Source: an uncultured Fibrobacteraceae bacterium
Lineage (GTDB): Bacteria > Krumholzibacteriota > Krumholzibacteriia > LZORAL124-64-63
Length of the DNA: 64,000 nucleotides
Reading direction: 5' to 3'
NCBI GenBank assembly: GCA_964524645.1
Contig: CAZGEC010000002.1
Coordinates: 5,005 to 69,004 of the forward strand
In this document: one piece after another, positions 1 through 9,739 of the stretch
Numbering within the stretch: the stretch's first letter is position 1
How the letters are laid out: the number at the start of each line of letters is the position of its first letter
Position numbers and translations under genes: made by a program
Notes under the pieces: model-generated
Databases searched by the model: none
What the model was told of the DNA's origin: nothing
The model's input: only the letters and a program-made list of their open reading frames with translations

Positions 1-304
1 GCAGGGTGTCGCCGTCGTGGTTGCCGGAGACCGCATGGACCTGGATACCGTGGTCCAGCAGGCGCTGGACCCCGCGCTGCAGGGGCCCGAACGCCTCGAA
101 GCGCCGGTTCGCGGAGTCGACCACGTCGCCCGCGAGCACCACCGCATCCACACCCAGCGCACAGGCCTGATCCACCGTCGACCGCCAGGCTGCCGCCGGC
201 CCCAGCTCGCGGGGGTCGAGTCTCGCCTCGACCAGGGAGGCCGGCAGACGCGCCGGCAGGCGCCCCAGGTGCATGTCACCAACGCAGAGGATGCGCAAGG
301 GCAT
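1..304 (-). CDS. metallophosphoesterase (SbcD/Mre11-like calcineurin-fold), N-terminal part; gene runs off the window start
   Basis: Minus-strand translation from ATG 304..302 reads MPLRILCVGDMHLG...VLAGDVVD...VSGNHDGD, which matches the GDxHG / GDxxD / GNHD metallophosphatase motifs. The plus-strand track ORF 17..634 is the shadow of this gene. Confidence 0.65.
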   Translation of the reverse strand, partial: MPLRILCVGDMHLGRLPARLPASLVEARLDPRELGPAAAWRSTVDQACALGVDAVVLAGDVVDSANRRFEAFGPLQRGVQRLLDHGIQVHAVSGNHDGDTL

Positions 305-426
305 GGCTTACCTCTCTCGATGAGCCGGTGCAGCCGTGCGCCGGCCCGTGGTCCGGGCAGAGAGTATGCGACGCGGTCACCTTCCCGTCCAGGGGCAGGC
401 GGCCGCGCAGCCTCTGGAGTTCTCGC

Positions 427-1308
427 TCAGCCGGTGAGCTGGAGGATCTCGAGGGCGCGCTCGATCTCCTCGCGGAAGGTGGCCTCGAAGGAGAGGGCCT
501 GGTCCAGATCCAGACCGAGGATCTGCAGGCAGCCGTCGCTGCAGTCGGCCGGCGGCTGGCCGAGCGGCGATCCCATGTTCAGCCGGTGGGAGAGGATGTT
601 GCCCAGATGCACGAGGGCCGTCAGCTGTGGATAGGCACCGCCCTCGCCCGGGACGTGGTGGAGCTGGATCGACTCGACCACCGGATCGGGGAAGTCCCAG
701 GCGCGGAAGACGGCGCGCCCGATGCTGGCATGGTTGACGGGGAACATCTCCCGCTCGGCCTCGATCCAGGTCGAGCGTTCTTCCAGGAGACGGTTCACGA
801 TGGCGTCGAAGTCCTGCGGGAAGTAGCGCTTCTCGACCAGCTTGCCCACGTCGTGGAGCAGCCCGGCGATGAAGGCCTCTTCCTGATGCTGCGGCAGGGT
901 CTTCTCCGCCAGCACCTTGCAGATGCTGGCCGAGGCCACGCTGTGCTGCCAGAACTGCCCGAGGCTGTAGCCGGCCGTGGACTCCTCGTCCTTGAACTGG
1001 TCGAAGATGCTCAGGGCCAGGGCGGCGTTGCGTACGGCCCGGAAGCCGAGCACGATCAAGGCGCGGCTGATGGTGCTGATCTGGCGCTGCTGCTTGTAGA
1101 AGGCGGAGTTGACCAGGTGCAGGATCTTGCTGGTCAGGGCCTGGTCGTGGGAGATCAGCTCCCCGACGGCGGCGATGGTGACGTCGGGATCCTGCATCAA
1201 CTGGAAGAGCTGCTGGTAGATGACGGGCAACGTCGGGATCTCCCGCACCACACTCTTCAGCTCGCGGGGATGCACGTCGCGCAGGGACGGCGCCACTCTC
1301 GGGGCCAT
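427..1308 (-). CDS. HDOD (HD-related output domain) signalling protein
   Basis: Lies inside track ORF 427..1476. Conserved HDOD blocks are present: ISHDQALTSKILHLVNSAFY, ALIVLGFRAVRNAALALSIF and AGLLHDVGKLV. The start was moved to the internal Met (MAPRV...); the upstream extension is Arg/Gly/Pro-rich. Confidence 0.65.
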   Translation of the reverse strand: MAPRVAPSLRDVHPRELKSVVREIPTLPVIYQQLFQLMQDPDVTIAAVGELISHDQALTSKILHLVNSAFYKQQRQISTISRALIVLGFRAVRNAALALSIFDQFKDEESTAGYSLGQFWQHSVASASICKVLAEKTLPQHQEEAFIAGLLHDVGKLVEKRYFPQDFDAIVNRLLEERSTWIEAEREMFPVNHASIGRAVFRAWDFPDPVVESIQLHHVPGEGGAYPQLTALVHLGNILSHRLNMGSPLGQPPADCSDGCLQILGLDLDQALSFEATFREEIERALEILQLTG

Positions 1309-1426
1309 GGCCGACTCCAGAGGCGAAGCGGGATCATGGTCTTCGGAGCCCCGCCGCGGGACTCCACCTCTGCTCCCACCTATCGGCCCGGCCTGGAGCC
1401 GCTTGAGCGACAATGCGCGTAGAGAC

Positions 1427-2485
1427 TTAGGAAAAAACGAGATAGGGCCCGCCGGCGTCGCGCGGCCGGACCTCACCCACCACCGGAGCGCAGAGGGCGC
1501 CGGCGGCCAGCACCCCCGCCGCCAGCCGGTCGCAGGCGGCGGGCGGCACGGCCACGAGCAGGCCGCCGGAGGTCTGGGGATCGTGCAGCAGGCCGATCAG
1601 GCCCTCGTCCAGACCGGCGGGGAAGCGCAGGTGCTCGCCGGTGAAGGCCGCGTTGGAGCGCGTGCCGCCGCAGGTGAAGCCGCGCCCGCAGAGCGCGGCG
1701 GCCTCGGGCAGCTGCGGCAGGGCGGCGGTGTCGATCACCAAGGTCACGCCCGCCGCTCGCGCCATCTCGTAGCCGTGACCCGTCAGGCCGAATCCGGTCA
1801 CGTCGGTGGCGGCCGTGGCGCCCAGCTCGAATAGGATCTCACCCGGCCGGTTGAGGGACGTCATGACCTCGACGAGGGCCGCATAGCCTTCGCTGCCAGG
1901 AGGCAGCTGGCCCGCCCGGTGGGCCGCGACCAGGGCGCCGGTGCCCAGGGGCTTGGTCAGGATCAGCCGGTCCCCGGGTCGGGCCGTGCTGTTGCGCAGG
2001 ATACGGTCCGGATGCACGAGGCCGGTGACCGCCAGACCGAACTTGATCTCGGTGTCCCGCACCGTGTGGCCGCCGGCCACCGCGCAGCCGGCCTCGGCGC
2101 ACTTGCCCGCCGCCCCGGCCAGGATGTCCCGGATGATGGCCGCCGGGACCTCCTTCTCGGGGTACCCGCAGAGGTTCAGGGCCATCAGCGGCCGGCCCCC
2201 CATGGCGTAGATGTCGCTCAGCGAGTTGGCCGCCGCCACGGCCCCGAAGGTGAAGGGATCGTCGACGACGGGGGTGATGAAGTCCGCGGACGCGACGATC
2301 GCCCGCTCGGCGTCCAGACGGTAGACGGCGGCGTCGTCCGCCGTCTCGATGCCGACCAGCAGGTCGGCCGGACGTGCGGCCAGCAGATGATCCATCAAGT
2401 GCTCCAGGTCCACCGGACCCAGCTTGGCTGCTCAGCCGGCGCTCCTGGCGAACTTGGTGAGCGCGATCCGCTCCAGCTCGGACAT
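1427..2485 (-). CDS. selD: selenide, water dikinase (selenophosphate synthetase), selenocysteine-containing form
   Basis: Track ORF 1427..2413 (GTG start) aligns with E. coli SelD from residue ~30 onward (LLVGIETADDAAVYRL, SDIYAMGGRPL, DVTGFGLTGH). Reading upstream in frame through TGA at 2434..2432 gives MSELERIALTKFARSAG-U-AAKLGPVDLEHLM, which aligns with E. coli [30 protein letters not shown]. ATG is at 2485..2483 with AAGGCAAGGGGAG just upstream. Confidence 0.85.
2407..2419 (-). promoter_or_regulatory. candidate bacterial SECIS hairpin for selD (GGUCC-GGU-GGACC), 12 nt 3' of the UGA
   Basis: mRNA reads UGA GCAGCCAAGCUG GGUCCGGUGGACC. It is a perfect 5-bp stem with a GGU apical loop at the canonical ~11-nt spacing. 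Confidence 0.4.
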
Positions 2486-2634
2486 CTCCCCTTGCCTTCT
2501 CCCGGACTTTTGGACCCGAGGTCGCCGCCGCGTGCGGCGCCGGGCCTGGCTTCAAGATAAGCTACGGCTGCATCCCGCCGCCAACGAGCCGATCCGCCCA
2601 GACTGCCCGATCCGGCGCGGCCTGTCAACGCTCT

Positions 2635-2674
2635 GCCCCTCGGCCACGGCCCCTCGGCCATGGCCCCCGGCCGG
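2635..2674. repeat. tandem direct repeat (unit GCCCCTCGGCCA, ~2.5 copies) in the divergent selD / ABC intergenic region
   Basis: The sequence reads tGCCCCTCGGCCAcgGCCCCTCGGCCAtgGCCCCCGGCCGG. Confidence 0.4.
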
Positions 2675-2709
2675 TCCCGGATCATCCCGCTGGCCGGACT
2701 CGCGGGCGG

Positions 2710-2738
2710 TTGCCAGCCGGCGTCCCGGGCCCTATGAT
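2710..2738 (+). promoter_or_regulatory. sigma-70-like promoter TTGCCA-N17-TATGAT for the ABC exporter operon
   Basis: The hexamers and the 17-nt spacer were read directly. It lies ~50 nt upstream of the GGAGG SD of the ABC ATPase. Confidence 0.35.
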
Positions 2739-2786
2739 GGATCACCCCCCGCAGTGACCGGAACCCAGCATCAGTGGAGGATCGCT

Positions 2787-3716
2787 GTGATCGAAGTCGA
2801 GGGCCTACGTAAGCAGTTCGGCGACCTGGCGGCTGTCGACGACGTCAGCTTTATGGCCCGCCCCGGCCGCATCTTCGGCCTGCTCGGCCCCAACGGCGCC
2901 GGCAAGTCCACCACCATCAACTGCATCGCGGGGCTGCTGAAGCCCAGCCGCGGGCGCGTGCGCGTGCTGGGACACGACGTGGTGACCGACGGTCCGGCCT
3001 CGCGACGGCAGCTGGGTGTGGTGCCCCAGGAGCTGGCCCTCTACGAGGATCTCTCGGCCCGCGAGAACCTGGCCTTCTGGGGCGGCGCCTACGGCCTGGG
3101 TGGAGTTCTCCTGAGGAGCCGGGTGGATGCTGTGCTGGAGCTGATCGGCCTCGCCGATCGCGCCCGGGAGCCGGTCAAGAACTACAGCGGGGGCATGAAG
3201 CGGCGGCTCAACTTCGGCTGCGGCCTCGTGCACGAGCCGCAGGTGCTGCTGCTGGACGAGCCCACCGTCGGCGTGGATCCCCAGAGCCGCGTGCGGCTGC
3301 TCGACCTGGTCCGCGAGCAGGCCGGCGCCGGCGTCTGCGTTCTCTACACGACCCACTACATGGAGGAAGCGGAGCATCTCTGCGAGGAGCTGGCCATCAT
3401 CGATCACGGCTGCATCATCGCCCACGGTACGATGCTCGAGCTGCGGGCCATGATGGGCGAGCGGGACCTGGTGCGGCTGACGGGCGAGTTCGATCCCGCC
3501 GCCGCCGGAGCGGCCCTGGGCGAGCTGCCCGGCGTCGAGCTGGTGCAGGTCGAGACCGCGGGCCTGACCCTGGCGGTTCCGGAGGCCTCGGCGCGGCTCT
3601 CGGAGATCTTCCAGGCCCTGGCCGGCGCGGGGGCCCAGATTCGCGGCACCACCCTCACCGAGCCCAACCTGGAGAGCCTGTTCATCAAGCTGACCGGCAA
3701 GGAGCTGCGGGAGTAA
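2787..3716 (+). CDS. ABC transporter ATP-binding protein
   Basis: Walker [10 protein letters not shown], signature YSGGMKRR and Walker B LLLDEPT are present. The start was set to GTG 2787, which follows GGAGG by 6 nt; the track ORF starts at 2424 with a non-homologous extension. Confidence 0.9.
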   Translation: MIEVEGLRKQFGDLAAVDDVSFMARPGRIFGLLGPNGAGKSTTINCIAGLLKPSRGRVRVLGHDVVTDGPASRRQLGVVPQELALYEDLSARENLAFWGGAYGLGGVLLRSRVDAVLELIGLADRAREPVKNYSGGMKRRLNFGCGLVHEPQVLLLDEPTVGVDPQSRVRLLDLVREQAGAGVCVLYTTHYMEEAEHLCEELAIIDHGCIIAHGTMLELRAMMGERDLVRLTGEFDPAAAGAALGELPGVELVQVETAGLTLAVPEASARLSEIFQALAGAGAQIRGTTLTEPNLESLFIKLTGKELRE

Positions 3717-3738
3717 TCCCGCGGCGAGGCGGAGCCCC

Positions 3739-4983
3739 ATGCGCTTCCTCTGGAGCACCACGCTCAAGGACCTGCGCCGGCACCGGCGCAGCCCGGCCGA
3801 ATTCCTGGTCTGGCTCGGCGTCCCCCTGCTCATCGGCAGCCTCATCATCCTGGCCTCCGGAGGACGCAGCGGCCCCGCGCCTCAGGCCCTGGTCTGGGTG
3901 GCTGACCACGACGACAGCTTCGTCAGCAACTTCCTGCTCACGGCTCTGGGCCAGGGAGGGCACGGCAATCCGGTGCGCTCCGAGCTGGTGAGCGAGGAGG
4001 AAGGCCGCTCCAGGCTCGGTCACGGAAAGGGCTCCGCCCTGCTGATCATCCCCGCCGGCTTCGGCGAGGCGGTCCTCCGGGAGCGGCCGGCCACCCTGCA
4101 GCTGCTGACCAATCCCGCCCAGCGCATCCTGCCGGGCATCGTGGAGGAGGAGCTGAGTGTCCTGGTGGATGCCGGCTTCTACCTGCACCGGCTGTTCGGG
4201 GACGAGCTGCGGGCGATGGCCGCAGGTCCGCCAGCCGGCCGCCACGTCTTCGACGACGCCTTCGTCGCCGCCCTGAGCGTGCGGATCAACCGTCTGGTGG
4301 ACCGGCTGGCCGGCAGTCTCTCGCCGCCCCTGATCCAGCTCCGGGTCGAGGCGGTGGAGCAGGAGTCCGAGTTCGACTTCGCGAGCTTCGCTCTCGGCTT
4401 CCTGCCGGGCATACTCTTCATGGGACTGCTGTTCATGGCCCAGGGGCTCGGCGACGAGCTGTGGCACGAACGCCAGCAGCAGACCCTGCGGCGGGTGGTG
4501 GCCTCTCCCCGCAGCGTGCACGTGTTTCTGGCCGGCAAGCTGCTGGCGGGCGTGCTGATGATGGCCTGCATGAGCCTCGTGGGGCTCTGTGCCGGCTACT
4601 GGTACTTCGGCTTGCCCGCATGGACCTTGCCCCTGGCCGGGGCCTGGACGATCTGCACGGGCATCCTGTTCATGACCGGCATGACGGCACTGCAGGTCCA
4701 TGCGGCCAGCCAGCGGGCGGGCAATATCCTGACCATGGTACTGATCTTCCCCCTCATGATGATCGGGGGCAGCTTCTTCCCGTTCGAGGCCATGCCCGCC
4801 TGGATGGCGACGGTGGGGAAGCTCACGCCCAACGGCTGGGCGCTGCGGCGGCTGCGGTCCATCCTGGAGGGAAACGTCGACCTGCCGGTGGTGGCGCTCG
4901 GCTTCATGCTGCTGCTGGGTCTGAGCCTGGTGCTGTTCCTGGTCAGCGCGCGCCGCGTGCGCCGCGCCTTCGTGCAGGGTTGA
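3739..4983 (+). CDS. ABC-2 family transporter permease
   Basis: Polytopic membrane protein with ABC-2 permease topology, immediately downstream of the ATPase. Confidence 0.8.
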   Translation: MRFLWSTTLKDLRRHRRSPAEFLVWLGVPLLIGSLIILASGGRSGPAPQALVWVADHDDSFVSNFLLTALGQGGHGNPVRSELVSEEEGRSRLGHGKGSALLIIPAGFGEAVLRERPATLQLLTNPAQRILPGIVEEELSVLVDAGFYLHRLFGDELRAMAAGPPAGRHVFDDAFVAALSVRINRLVDRLAGSLSPPLIQLRVEAVEQESEFDFASFALGFLPGILFMGLLFMAQGLGDELWHERQQQTLRRVVASPRSVHVFLAGKLLAGVLMMACMSLVGLCAGYWYFGLPAWTLPLAGAWTICTGILFMTGMTALQVHAASQRAGNILTMVLIFPLMMIGGSFFPFEAMPAWMATVGKLTPNGWALRRLRSILEGNVDLPVVALGFMLLLGLSLVLFLVSARRVRRAFVQG

Positions 4984-4997
4984 GGGGAGAGGCGACG

Positions 4998-6143
4998 ATG
5001 CTCCGGGAGATCCTCTTCGTCGGTCGCAAGGACCTGCAGTACATGCTGCGGGCCCGCGAGACCATGCTCTGGGTCTTCTTCATGCCGATCGTCTTCTTTT
5101 TCTTCATCGGCAACATCACCGGCGGGATGGCCCGGAGCGGCGGTGGGGGGCAAGCCGATCCGCTGCTGCTCGAGGTCGGGGAGAGCCCGGGCTTTCTGCT
5201 GGACCGGCTCGAGCAGAGGCTCGCGGAGCGCAACTACGCGATCGTGCGCGCCGACACGGTGAGCGATCCGGCCGCCTACACCCTGCGCCTGCAGGTGCCG
5301 GCCGCCTTCACGGATTCGGTCCTGGCCGGCAGGCCGGTGAAGCTGCAGCTGAGCCACAGCCGGCGGGGGCTGGGCGCCGATTACGACGTCATCCGCTCCG
5401 GCCGGGCCGTCTACACCCTGCTTGCGGACGTCCTGGTGTCCGGCGAACCGGGCCGGCCGCTGGCTGCGGCCGACCTGGCCGCTCTCGATTCCCTGCCGCG
5501 GACGCTCGGCCTGAACGTGGCGCAGGCCGGCGCGCGGAAGCATATCCCCAGCGGCTTCGAGCAGGCCATCCCCGGCATCATGGTCATGTTCATCCTGATG
5601 GTCATGTGCACCAGCGGCGCCGTGCTGCTGGTGATCGAGCGCCGGCAGGGGCTGCTGCGGCGCCTGGCCTGCACCCCCCTGCGGCGCCTGGCCGTGGTGC
5701 TGGGCAAGTGGGGCGGCAAGCTGGGCCTGGGTGTGATCCAGATCGCGTTCGCCATGCTGGCCGGGACGGTGCTGTTCCGCATGAACTGGGGGCCGGACCC
5801 GGGCTGGGTGATCCTGGTGCTGGTGGTCTACGGCGCCATGCTGGCGGCCCTCGGGCTCCTGCTCGGCAGCCTGGCCCGCACCGAGGGGATGGCCGTGGCC
5901 ATCGGCGTCATCGCGGCCAACGTGCTGGCGGCCCTGGGCGGCTGCTGGTGGCCCATCGAGATCACGCCGCCCTGGATGCAGACCTTCGCCCTCTTCCTGC
6001 CCACGGGCTGGGCGATGGACGCCATGCACAAGCTGATCAGCTTCGGGGCCGGCCCGGTCAGCGTGGCTCCGCACCTGATCGGCATGTCCCTTGTCTTGCT
6101 GATCCTGCTGGGGGTCTCCGCAAGAGCATTCCGCTATGAGTGA
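4998..6143 (+). CDS. ABC-2 family transporter permease (second subunit)
   Basis: Begins MLREILFVGRKDLQYMLRARETMLWVFFMPIVFFFFIGN. ATG 4998 is preceded by GAGGGGAGAGG. The track ORF 4461..6143 carries an Arg/Ala-rich artefactual N-extension. Confidence 0.8.
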   Translation: MLREILFVGRKDLQYMLRARETMLWVFFMPIVFFFFIGNITGGMARSGGGGQADPLLLEVGESPGFLLDRLEQRLAERNYAIVRADTVSDPAAYTLRLQVPAAFTDSVLAGRPVKLQLSHSRRGLGADYDVIRSGRAVYTLLADVLVSGEPGRPLAAADLAALDSLPRTLGLNVAQAGARKHIPSGFEQAIPGIMVMFILMVMCTSGAVLLVIERRQGLLRRLACTPLRRLAVVLGKWGGKLGLGVIQIAFAMLAGTVLFRMNWGPDPGWVILVLVVYGAMLAALGLLLGSLARTEGMAVAIGVIAANVLAALGGCWWPIEITPPWMQTFALFLPTGWAMDAMHKLISFGAGPVSVAPHLIGMSLVLLILLGVSARAFRYE

Positions 6144-6167
6144 GTCGACACAACCCGGAGGCTGTTC

Positions 6168-6857
6168 ATGTCGCAGTTCATCACGGATCTTCTGGGAGAC
6201 AGCGAGTTCCTCGCCCGGATCCTCCTCGCCCTGGTTCTGGGCGGTCTGATCGGGGTCGAACGGCAGGCGCACGGCCGCGCAGCCGGGCTGCGCACCATGA
6301 TCCTCGTCTGCCTGGGTTCGGCCTCGATCATCGTGGCCTTCCAGAAGCTCCACCTGACCATGCAACCCGACGCCGCCGAGGTCATCCGCATGGACCCGGC
6401 CCGGGCCGCCGCCGGCATCATCACCGGCATCGGATTCCTGGGGGCGGGCACGATCCTCAAGAGCCAGGAGTTCATCCTCGGCCTGACCACCGCCGCCTCC
6501 ATCTGGGTGGTGGCCGCCATCGGCATCGCCCTGGGTCTGGGCGAGTACGACATAGCCCTGCTGCTGACCGCCCTGGTGCTGCTGACCCTGGTCGGCCTGC
6601 ACCAGATACGGATCCCGAGTCATCGCTACGCGGTGGTCCGCGTGGAGGGGGAGGACGACGGAGGGCTCTTCACGCGCGTCGAGGTCTTCCTGGCTCGCCA
6701 GAAGCTGACCATCACGGATCAGGGACTGGAAAGCGAACCCGCGCGCCGGAATCTCGTCATGCGCTTCGTGATCCGCTTCCGCGACCCCAGTCTCATGCGG
6801 GTCGTGGTCGCGGACCTCGGTGCCCTGCCCGGAGTGCGTTCGGTGCGCTGGCGGTAG
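6168..6857 (+). CDS. MgtC/SapB family membrane protein
   Basis: Contains LALVLGGLIGVERQAHGRAAGLRTMILVCLGS, the MgtC family signature. Confidence 0.8.
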   Translation: MSQFITDLLGDSEFLARILLALVLGGLIGVERQAHGRAAGLRTMILVCLGSASIIVAFQKLHLTMQPDAAEVIRMDPARAAAGIITGIGFLGAGTILKSQEFILGLTTAASIWVVAAIGIALGLGEYDIALLLTALVLLTLVGLHQIRIPSHRYAVVRVEGEDDGGLFTRVEVFLARQKLTITDQGLESEPARRNLVMRFVIRFRDPSLMRVVVADLGALPGVRSVRWR

Positions 6858-6886
6858 GGCGCGCGTCGCGATCGGCGCCGCCGCCG

Positions 6887-8299
6887 TCAGAGCTTCAGGT
6901 ACCAGCGCCGCCGGTGCAGCCCGCCGACGATCGCCAGCCAGATCAGCACCACCGACAGGGCGAACAGGAGCGAGGCCGGCCGCAGCGGGAGCCAGCCGGT
7001 GTAGAGGTGCTGGAAGAGCCAGGTCTTGAGCGCCGGCGCCCGGATCGCTCCGGACTCCGCAGCGGCCGGCACGCGGACCTCCACCAGCAGCCGTGCCACC
7101 ATGCCCGAGCCCACGAAGGCCAGGATGGCGTTGCGCCCGTACCAGCCGAACGGCTCGGCCCAGCGGCGATGCCCCCGGGTCTCGATCAGCAGGTGCAGGC
7201 CGAGCAGGGTGGCCAGCGCCAGGCCGCCGGTCAGCAGCACGTAGCTCGCGGTCCAGAGCTGCTTGTTCAGCGGCAGCACGGGATGCAGGGCCAGGCCCGC
7301 GAGCGCCAGGCCTCCCGCGGCGATCCAGGCGCCCCGCACGCCGCTGCCCGCGCGGATCCGCCGGCGCAGCCAGCGTCCCGCCAGCAGGCCCAGCAGCACC
7401 GTGGCCAGGGCGGTCGGCGTGCCGATCAGCCCCTCCGGATCGAAGGCCCAGGTCACGCCGCGGGTGCCGGGATCGTAGGTCAGCTGCAGGCTGTGCAGGC
7501 CGAAGACACGAGTATCCAGCCAGATGCCCCAGTTGCTGGCGACGCCGGCCGCTTTCGCCGCCGCGAGGTCCAGATCCGGATCCGGCCTCCCGAAGCCCGG
7601 CACCGGCACCCACAGCACCAGGAGCGTCTGCAGCACCAGCAAGCCGCCGATCCACAGCAGCAGCGTCCGTTGCCGCACGAGCCACAGCTGCAGGGCCGCC
7701 GCCAGGAGGTAGCAGACGGCGATGCGCTGCAGGACGCCGGGCAAGCGGCTGGCCACGAGATGCTGGGCGAGCCGGGAAGCCTCGCCGGGCACGGCCACGC
7801 ACCAGCCCAGCAGGCCGAGGGCCGCGCCGCCGGCCAGCGCCAGCCACCAGCGGCGTGGCCGCCGCACGCCGGCCAGCAAGACCACCGCGGCCGTCAGGAC
7901 GAGCAGCAGTCCGGCTCGCAGCATGACTCCTCCGGCACCCATCGGCAGCAGGGGGGCCGCTGGGCCCGGACCATGGAACAGGGCGGGGAAGCGCGCCAGG
8001 AAGAGCCCCAGCAGCAACAGGGCGAGCGCCCGGCGCAGCGCGTGACCGAGCAGCGAACGGCGGCTCTGGCCGGCTTCCAGCCGCCGCGCGAAGGCGAGGG
8101 CGATCGCGACGCCGACGGCGAACAGGAAGAAGGGGAAGATCAGATCCGTGGGGGTGCAGCCGTTCCAGACCGCGTGGCGCAGGGGCGGATAGATGGCCGC
8201 CGCGCTCCAGCGGCCCGGGTTGTTCACCAGCAGCATGGCGGCGATGGTCAGGCCGCGAAAAGCGTCCAGGGAAAGCAAGCGCCGGCTGGGGTCGGTCAT
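6887..8299 (-). CDS. DUF1624/DUF5009 acyltransferase-3-like membrane protein (HGSNAT-like)
   Basis: N-terminus reads RLLSLDAFRGLTIAAMLLVNNPG. It is a multi-pass membrane protein. Confidence 0.5.
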   Translation of the reverse strand: MTDPSRRLLSLDAFRGLTIAAMLLVNNPGRWSAAAIYPPLRHAVWNGCTPTDLIFPFFLFAVGVAIALAFARRLEAGQSRRSLLGHALRRALALLLLGLFLARFPALFHGPGPAAPLLPMGAGGVMLRAGLLLVLTAAVVLLAGVRRPRRWWLALAGGAALGLLGWCVAVPGEASRLAQHLVASRLPGVLQRIAVCYLLAAALQLWLVRQRTLLLWIGGLLVLQTLLVLWVPVPGFGRPDPDLDLAAAKAAGVASNWGIWLDTRVFGLHSLQLTYDPGTRGVTWAFDPEGLIGTPTALATVLLGLLAGRWLRRRIRAGSGVRGAWIAAGGLALAGLALHPVLPLNKQLWTASYVLLTGGLALATLLGLHLLIETRGHRRWAEPFGWYGRNAILAFVGSGMVARLLVEVRVPAAAESGAIRAPALKTWLFQHLYTGWLPLRPASLLFALSVVLIWLAIVGGLHRRRWYLKL

Positions 8300-8353
8300 G
8301 ATCGATTCCGCCCGCTCTGAGCTGCAAGGTGCGCTCGCGGCGCGGCCCCGGGG

Positions 8354-9700
8354 CTAGAAGTTGAAGTGGTCGGCGAACTGGAAGGCGCCCCGGCCATCCC
8401 GCGTGCGCGCGTATTCGAAGCGGAACTGTAGGTTCCAGACGTTCAGGTGCACGCCGCCGCCCCAGCCCAGCCTCGCCAGTCCCGGATCGTTGCCCACGTA
8501 CCAGGCGTCGCCCAGGTCGCTGAAGACATGCAGTCCGATGCCGATGACGTCCCCCTTGGCGGAGATCGGCATGAGGAAGAGGGGCCAGCGGTACTCCACG
8601 CTGAGCAGGTAACCCCTCTCTCCCTCGATCCGCGCGTAGGGGTAGCCGCGGATGGTCTCGGGGCCTCCCCAGTAGAGCCGGTCCTCGAAGGGCACGTGGC
8701 GGTTCACGTACCGGCTGTAGGCGTGCAGCGCCAGCACGTGCTCCCAAGGCAGGGGCACGTACTCCCGCAGGTCGATCAGGACCTCGTCGAAGGAGAGGAA
8801 GCTGCCGCTCTCCCGCTCGTGCCGCCGGTAGATCACGCGATGCCAGGCGCCGCGCGTGGGGTAGTAGGGCATGTCGCGGGTGTCCCAGCCCAGCTCCGTG
8901 CCCAGGATCAGTCGATCGCGCCACTGGGCGGGCCAGAGGGTGGGCGCGAGCGGGGCACCGCCCGGCCCGGTGGCCCAGGTGGTCGGTTCGGTGAAGGCAT
9001 CGCCCTGATGGAAGCCGGCGTAGGTCAGCGCTCCCATCACGTAGAACCTGCCGCGGGCGTTCCAGCGCAGAGTCGCGCCGGCGTCCCACAGGTCGTACTC
9101 GGTTGGGCGGAAGACGAAGCCGGCTCGCTCCCAGCCGCCGTCCACGGTCAGGATCAGGCTGCGCCGGTTCAGGAACCACGGCCGCTGCCACATGAGGCGG
9201 GCGCGCCGGATGTAGAGGGCGCTCGCCCGGATGTCCAGCCGCTCGCCCTTGCCCCGCAGGTTGTTGTCCGTCAGCATGGCGCCCAGCAGGTACTTGTGCC
9301 GCTGGTCGTACTTGATCCAGGGCTGCAGATGCGTGGTCCGCTCCTCCACGACGGTGACGACGACGTCCACCGTCCCCTCCGCATTCTCCGTGTACTCGAT
9401 GTCCACGAAGGCGAAGTAGCCCACGTCCTCCAGGTGGTCCCAGATGGTGTCCAGGTCCTCCTCGGGGAACGGCTCGCCCACGTGCAGGCCCAGCTCGCGG
9501 CGGACCACGCTCTCGTCGGTCTTGGTGTTTCCGAGGATGGTGATGCTGCCGATGAGGGGCTCCGCAGGCGGGGGCGAGGCCGGGGCCGCCGTGACGGCCA
9601 CCGCCAGCAGCATGAGCAGCCACGGAGCCACCCGGCGGATCCCGTGCGGCGGGCACCGCGGTGGAAGCGGGTCATGTGGCGACGAGCTGTGGCGTGTCAT
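8354..9700 (-). CDS. Omp85/BamA-family outer-membrane protein (single POTRA plus beta-barrel)
   Basis: A signal peptide is followed by the POTRA-like ITILGNTKTDESVVRRELGLHVGEPF. The C-terminus is the aromatic ...FADHFNF. Confidence 0.65.
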   Translation of the reverse strand: MTRHSSSPHDPLPPRCPPHGIRRVAPWLLMLLAVAVTAAPASPPPAEPLIGSITILGNTKTDESVVRRELGLHVGEPFPEEDLDTIWDHLEDVGYFAFVDIEYTENAEGTVDVVVTVVEERTTHLQPWIKYDQRHKYLLGAMLTDNNLRGKGERLDIRASALYIRRARLMWQRPWFLNRRSLILTVDGGWERAGFVFRPTEYDLWDAGATLRWNARGRFYVMGALTYAGFHQGDAFTEPTTWATGPGGAPLAPTLWPAQWRDRLILGTELGWDTRDMPYYPTRGAWHRVIYRRHERESGSFLSFDEVLIDLREYVPLPWEHVLALHAYSRYVNRHVPFEDRLYWGGPETIRGYPYARIEGERGYLLSVEYRWPLFLMPISAKGDVIGIGLHVFSDLGDAWYVGNDPGLARLGWGGGVHLNVWNLQFRFEYARTRDGRGAFQFADHFNF

Positions 9701-9739
9701 CCGTATCCGCGGTTTCCGTCAAATGGAGATTCGCAGCCC

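Noticed and set aside
17-634. 205-aa plus-strand ORF at the window start
   Set aside because: It is the shadow of the minus-strand metallophosphoesterase (1..304) and of the HDOD gene's 3' end. Its translation is Arg/Pro-rich.
2424-2786. N-terminal 120-aa extension of the ABC ATPase ORF
   Set aside because: There is no homology. A strong GGAGG SD precedes the internal GTG 2787, where ABC-ATPase similarity begins. The region also contains the promoter and tandem repeat.
4596-9656. 1686-aa minus-strand track ORF; similar giant ORFs occur at 8447..12634 (+), 35540..38671 (+), 10212..12275 (-), 14633..16183 (-), 21889..24081 (+), 24109..26673 (+), 6140..8320 (+) and 16337..17878 (-)
   Set aside because: They have Arg/Gly/Pro/Ala-rich low-complexity translations. 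They run antisense to, or out of frame with, genes that have clear homology and SD sequences. They are typical high-GC shadow ORFs.
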